A stretch of 64,000 nt of DNA, taken from assembly GCF_009914755.1 (NCBI RefSeq), contig NC_060929.1. One strand, written 5' to 3'. The stretch comes from the human T2T-CHM13v2.0 reference genome, Homo sapiens. Below are positions 54,623-64,000 of this stretch, one piece after another. The notes beneath the pieces are model-generated. The model was not told the origin of the DNA. It did no database searches and worked only from the letters and a program-made list of their open reading frames with translations. Within the stretch, counting starts at the first letter, position 1; every line of letters starts with the position of its first letter. Made by a program: the position numbers and the translations under genes.

Positions 54623-55147
54623 GTGGGTCAGATGCAGAAGCATATCAGTGTTTCACTTTGTGGACATCTTAAATCATTTCATGCTTTCTGTCTTTCAGTT
54701 TTCCAGTTTTACAAGCATTGATTTTTACATTATAATTAATTGCTTAGAATTATCTAAGATTTTAAAATTGTTTATGTTGGCAAAGGTGCTATAAAATGTA
54801 CACTCTGATTACACTGCTCTCTGGAGAGCATTTTGACAATGTGTCAGAACTTTTAAGACATTCATACCCTTGCTCATTAATTCCACACCTAGACATTTAT
54901 TCTAAGAAAATAATCATATATATGGAAAATTCATGTATCAATTTATGTATAAATAGGTATTCTTGTTATATCATAGGCTTAGAAACAATTCCCAAATGTC
55001 AACTAATAGATTAGATAAATAAATTATGAAACATCCATCCTCTGTAATGCTGTATAACCATTAAAATCATGGATTACAAGCAGTATTTAATGACATGGGG
55101 AAAAGGACACAGAAGAACTGGAAGAAAATAAATTTTATCAATGGTTT

Positions 55148-55595
55148 TGTTAGGATTCTCTAGAGAAATTGAACCTATAGGGTGTGTGTGTGTGTCTGTG
55201 TGTGTGTGTGTAAGTATATATATATATATAAACATATGTATGTGTGGGGAGAGAGAGATTGATTGATAGATTGATTATAGGGAATTGGCTTACATGACTA
55301 AGGAGTCTGGAAAGTCCAGAATCTCAGTGGGGGCTGGTAGGCTTGAGACCCAAGAGAGCTGATGTTCCAGCTCCAGTCCGAAGGCCAGTAGCCTAGAGGC
55401 CCAGAAGAACCAGTAGTGCAGAAGTCTGGAGACTGCAGGAGGATTCTCCCTTGTTCAGGGAGTCTTTTAGGCCCTAAACTGTTTGGATTTTGGCTACCAC
55501 ATTATAGAGGGCAGTCTGCTTTACTTCAGGCTCATCACTCTAACGTTAATATCATCAAAAACACCCTCCAAGTTAACACATAAGATTAATCATCA
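55148..55595 (-). mobile_element. MLT2 (ERVL) LTR with (TG)n/(TA)n tract
   Basis: ttaggattctctagagaaa...ggaattggct...aagttaacacataagattaatcatca. Confidence 0.8.
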
Positions 55596-55990
55596 GAATG
55601 TTTAATATATCAGGTGATGGGTTTATAGCTAATTTTTACTTTCCTCTTTATGTATTTCTCTATTTTCTGTATTTTCTGCCCTTACATACATTATTTTTAT
55701 AACATATTAGACCCTTCAAGTTATAAGGAGTGAAGATTCCCTTTGGTTACCTCTAAGGGTTGGACATACTTTGTAGAATAATTATGACAGACAACTTTGG
55801 CTGTGTATCCAGGCTTCATACAAGAATATAAGATAGCTGCAGAACTGGATATTGTAAACATTCGTGGGCATTTTGGAATTTGAAAGATCATCAGAATCCA
55901 GCATAGCCCTAGTGACCTGGTCATCTCCTTGCCCCCACTATCCCTTCATCACCAAGAGTTCTCTACTCTATGTTTCACTGTAAAAAGGAC

Positions 55991-56048
55991 TTGGCTATTT
56001 TCTCTTATCTCAGTGTTTGTTGGCTATTTTCTCTTATCTCAGCATTTG
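55991..56048. repeat. Two-copy 29-bp tandem duplication
   Basis: ttggctattttctcttatctcag(tg/ca)tttg x2. Confidence 0.88.
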
Positions 56049-56318
56049 TTTCAGTTTCTGCTCCTACTACCAACTGCTTCACTTTCATTAATGGCTTCTC
56101 AATCTTATTACACGTCTTGAATTTAAACTCGTGAATAAAAAGATCTGGTTGTCTTCATTAGTCAAAGTCAAAGGGATAGAGTTAGTCCCTATTCAGTAGA
56201 GCTTTTCTAGCTGGCAACTTCATGTGCGTGTACCATCCTGGATGTGGTTTGTCCTTGGTTCAGGTGCTCACTTCTTCAGTCACTTGTGGCCAAGATGGTA
56301 TACCAACCCATAACTTAG

Positions 56319-58543
<2,225 letters not shown>

Positions 58544-58753
58544 TCACATCTTTACCGTTCATAATGATGCCAGCTGGAACAGCCAAATCCTATATTAGAT
58601 GCTTTTTCTTGGTAGCCTTAGGAGGCTTTACAGAAAGTATAAAATAAAACAAACTTTTATTGGCATGATCATTCATCTGGGTATGAGGTATTTGGCTTAA
58701 TACTGATTTGACAAGTCCTGTTGTGTGGTGATAGTTTTTTTCTCCATCTGCAG

Positions 58754-58902
58754 TGGAAAGGACCATGCTAGACTTTCCCCAGCATGTATCCTCTGACAAA
58801 GAAGTACGAGCAGCAAGTACAGAAGCAGACAAAAGACTTTCTCGTTTTGATATTGAGATGAGCATGAGAGGAGATATATTTGAGAGAATTGTTCATTTAC
58901 AG
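58754..58902 (+). CDS. NLN: NLN exon 3 (149 nt; (V)[49 protein letters not shown]); gene continues off the right edge
   Basis: ccatctgcag|TGGAAAGG...TTACAG|gtaagt; in frame with exon 2. Confidence 0.97.
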
Positions 58903-60115
58903 GTAAGTGGTGTTATAAATCCCTTTAAAGAGGGAAAAACTCTACAACAAAAAAGAACATTCAGTCATAAATAAAACATACTGACTGGATTTTCTTAGCT
59001 TTTGTTTCGAATGATTATAAAACCATAATGGGCATTATATAGTATTACATAATGTTAATTATATCGTTGAGGTTATGTTGAGCTGCTAATTCCATTCACT
59101 TAAAGACCAAATGTAGAAGAGTGAACATCTGTAAAGTTAAGGCTTTTTAATAACATTATGAACTTGATGGTTACATGTAAGGGTTATCTTAGACCAAATC
59201 AATTAGAAGCAAATGGAATCAAGTTGTTTATCTGTAAATATCTCGTGGTTTTGGAACCATAATATTGATGACATACTGTTGATGCTGTATGCCGGAGTCA
59301 TTCCTGTCTGTCATCCTTACATTTTTCAAGACTTGGGGAAATTATGGATAATAAATGTTCTAGGTGGGTCTGTCCAGGTGTTTTTGATCTTTTTACCAAT
59401 GTTGATTTGCCTCCTAGCAGCTTTCAATTTTTATTTTCATGACACTTCAGCAATTTTTTTGGGGAAAAAAAACAGTTTCAAAATTCCAGGCTTTTTTTTT
59501 GTTTAATTTTGCATGTTTCTTTCTGCAGAATCCTAATTTTTTTTCCTTTTTAGCAGACCGTGACAAGAGTTGGAATATTTAATATTTTAAATTAAATAGC
59601 ATTTTAATTTGTAACTCATTATACAATGTGTCATCAAGATTTAGACATGTAAAATGTATATCCTATTTTCTCATATCAGACAAGCATTTTTCATCCTATA
59701 ATTGATAATCATATAATTCATAATAATTCACATTTGGTCTATAAACTTCATGGTGAAAGTAAGTTATGAAAATAACTTTATGATTATTCTTCATTAGCTA
59801 AATTGTTCTTCTTGCTCCTTTTGACCACAGTTATTTGATGTGATTTGAATCATGGTCTTTATAGTCTCCTCATTTTATTTCATCCCCAAATTACATTTCT
59901 TTGTTGTTCTATTTTTTTTATGTAATTTGGAATTTTTCCTAGAATTTCCAGTTTCCTTTGATTAATCCTATTTTCATCATGATTTCTAAGTTCTTATTTG
60001 GAATAATGTTTTTGTTTTTATTTCACATTCTGTGATTCTTATGAATGTTATCAAGATATGAAAGGTTTGTCACTTTAGATTTCTTTGTCATAGAGTACTT
60101 TTAAATTTTGTGTAT

Positions 60116-61576
<1,461 letters not shown>

Positions 61577-62001
61577 TCAGCAATTTCAGGCCTGCTCTAC
61601 TAAAATTAGGATGCTCTGAATAATATTCCCAAGACACCAATAATATATGTAATAATCAAATATATTATCCCAATTGGATATAAAATGTTATTTTAGCTCT
61701 TTTTATTTTCCACTTAAAATTAATACATAGAAAAGTGAAATTACTTTTCATAATTCTTCATGCAATATGGGCTCCAGTTATCTATTGATGCATAACGTAT
61801 TACCCCAAACCTTAGTGGCCTGAAATAGCAACCGTCATTTTCTTTTCTCTCACAGTTTCTATGGATCAAGAATTCAGAAAAGAATTAGTTGGACAGTTCT
61901 GACTTGGGGTCTGACATGTGGTTTCAGGCAGTGGTGGCTTGGGTTGAAGCAGGTAGGAACTAATCAGGCATCTGTCTTTATTCATGTAGTCTCAAGGTGT
62001 C

Positions 62002-64000
62002 TGTATTTGTCCATTTTCACACTGCTATAAAGAGTACCTGAGACTGGGTAATTTATAAAGAAAGAGGTTTAATTGACTCACAGTTCCACATGGCTGGGAG
62101 GCCTTAGGAACTTACAGTCATGGCATAAGGTAAAGGGGAAGCAAGGCATGTCTTACATGATGTCAGGAGAGAGAGCACAGGGGAAGCACCAGACACTTAT
62201 CAAACAATCAGATCTTGTAAGAACTCACTCACCATCACGAGAACAGCATGGGGGAAACCACCCCATGATCCATTCACTTCCCACCAGCTCCCTCCCTTGA
62301 CATGCGGAAATTACAATTTGGATTACAATTTGACATGAGATTTGGGTAGGGACACAGCCAAACTTTCATCACACCCCCAGCCCCTCACAAATCTCATGTC
62401 CTTTTCACATTTCAAAACCAATCATGCCTCCCCAACAGTCCCCCATAGTCTTAATTCATTCCAGCATTAACTCAAAAGTCCAAGTCCAAAGTTTCCTCTG
62501 AGACAAGGCAAGTCTCTTCTGCCTATGAGTCTGTAAAATCAAAGACAAGTTAGTTACTTCTAAGACACAGTGTGGGTACAGGCGTTGGGTAAATGTTCAC
62601 ATTCCAAATGGGAGAAATTGGCCAAAACAAAGGGGCCACAGGCCCTATGCAAGTCCAAAACCTGGCCAGGCAGTCATTAAATCTTAAAACTCCAAAATCT
62701 CCTTTGACTCCATGTCTCACATCCAGGGCGCACTGATCCAAGGGGTGGGCCCCCATGGCCTTGGGTGGCTCTGCCTCTGTGGTTCTCAGGTTACAACCCC
62801 TGTAGCTGCTTTCACAGGCTGATGTTGCCTGCAGCTTTTTCAGGTGCAGGGTGCAAGCTGTCATGTGGATCTACCATTCTGGAGTCTGGAGGGCAGTAGC
62901 CCCCTTCTCACAACTCCACTAGGCAGTGCCCTAGTGGGGACTCTGTTTGGGGGCTCCTGTGCCACATTTCCCTTCCCCACTGCCCTAACAGAGGTTCTCT
63001 GTGAGGTCTCTGCCCCCGCAGCAGACTTCTGCCTGGATATCCAGGCATTTCCATACATCCTCTGAAATCTAGGAGGTTCACAAAGCTCAGTTTTTGTCTT
63101 CTGCACACCTACAGGCCCAATACCATGTGGAAACCACCAAGGCTTGGGGCTTGCGTCCTGTGAAGCAATGGCCTGAGCTGTACCTTGGCCCCTTTTAGCC
63201 CAGCTGGAGCTGGAGCAACTGGGATGCAGGGCACTATGTCCTGAGGCTGCAGAGAGCAGGGGAAGGAGGGGGGAGCACAAAACCATTTTTTTTCTCCTAG
63301 GCCTCCAGGCCTGTGATGGGAGGGGCTGTTGTGAAGACCTCTGACATGCCCTGGGGACATTTTCCCCATTGTCTTGGGCACTAACATTTGGCTCTTGTTA
63401 CTTATGCAAATTTCTACAGCTGGCTTGAACTTCTCCCCAGAAAATGGGTTTTTCTTTTCTACCCCATGGTCAGGCTGCAAATTTTTCAAATGTTTATGCT
63501 CTGTCTTTCCTTTAAACATAAGTCCCGATTTCAAACCATCTCTTTGTGTACACACATGGCTGTATGCTGTTAGGAGCACCCAGGCCACCTCTTGAATACT
63601 TTGCTTAGAAATTTCTTCTGCCAGATACCCTAAATCATCTCTCTCAAGTTCAAAGTTCCACAGATCTCTAGGGCAGGTGCAAAGTGCCCAGTATCTTTGG
63701 TAAAGCATAGCATGGGTGACCTTTACTCCAGTTTCCAATAAGTTCCTCATCTTCATCTGAGACCACCTCAGCCTGGACTTCATTGTCCATATCATTATCA
63801 GCATTTTTGGTCACAACCATTCAGTAAGTCTAGGAAGTTCCAAACTTTCCCACATCTTTCTCTCTTCTTCTGAGCCCTCCAAACTGTTCCAACCTCTGCC
63901 CTTGACCCAGTTTCAAAGTCGCTTCTACATTTTCAGTTTGTCTTTATAGCAGTACCCTACTATCCTAGTACCAATTCTCTGTATCAGTCCATTCTCACAC
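62002..64000 (-). mobile_element. THE1D/MST-type MaLR provirus: LTR 62002-62371, internal region 62372-63979, second LTR starting at 63980; inserted into an older MLT1 (about 61775-62001)
   Basis: Both LTRs begin tgtat..gtccatt.tcacac on the + strand; internal ORF remnant CPRDLWNFELERDDLGYLAEEISKQ is typical of THE1-int. Confidence 0.9.

Overview
Human (primate) genomic DNA recognisable as the SGTB/NLN head-to-head locus (5q12.3). Minus strand: SGTB non-coding exon 1 and coding exons 2-5. Plus strand: neurolysin (NLN) exons 1-3. The two genes share a CpG-island bidirectional promoter at about 17.1-18.5 kb. Most of the rest is interspersed repeat (Alu, L1, L2, MIR, MaLR/ERVL LTRs, hAT transposons), and most ORFs in the track are repeat artefacts. 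The most unusual structure is a 2.28-kb insertion in NLN intron 1 (28059-30340), bounded by a perfect 16-bp target-site duplication and a poly(A) tail. It is a retrocopy of a PRAMEF transcript that keeps about 820 bp of the last intron and its splice acceptor. It lies sense to NLN and in the same splice phase as NLN exon 1, so it could act as a natural gene trap or chimeric terminal exon. Other leads: a 27-nt in-frame microexon candidate in SGTB, an apparently decayed alternative NLN first exon, a recursive-splice-like site, and sense THE1 LTRs that might drive exon-1-less (cytosolic) NLN. Exon boundaries were read base by base. Repeat boundaries and subfamilies are approximate, by-eye calls.
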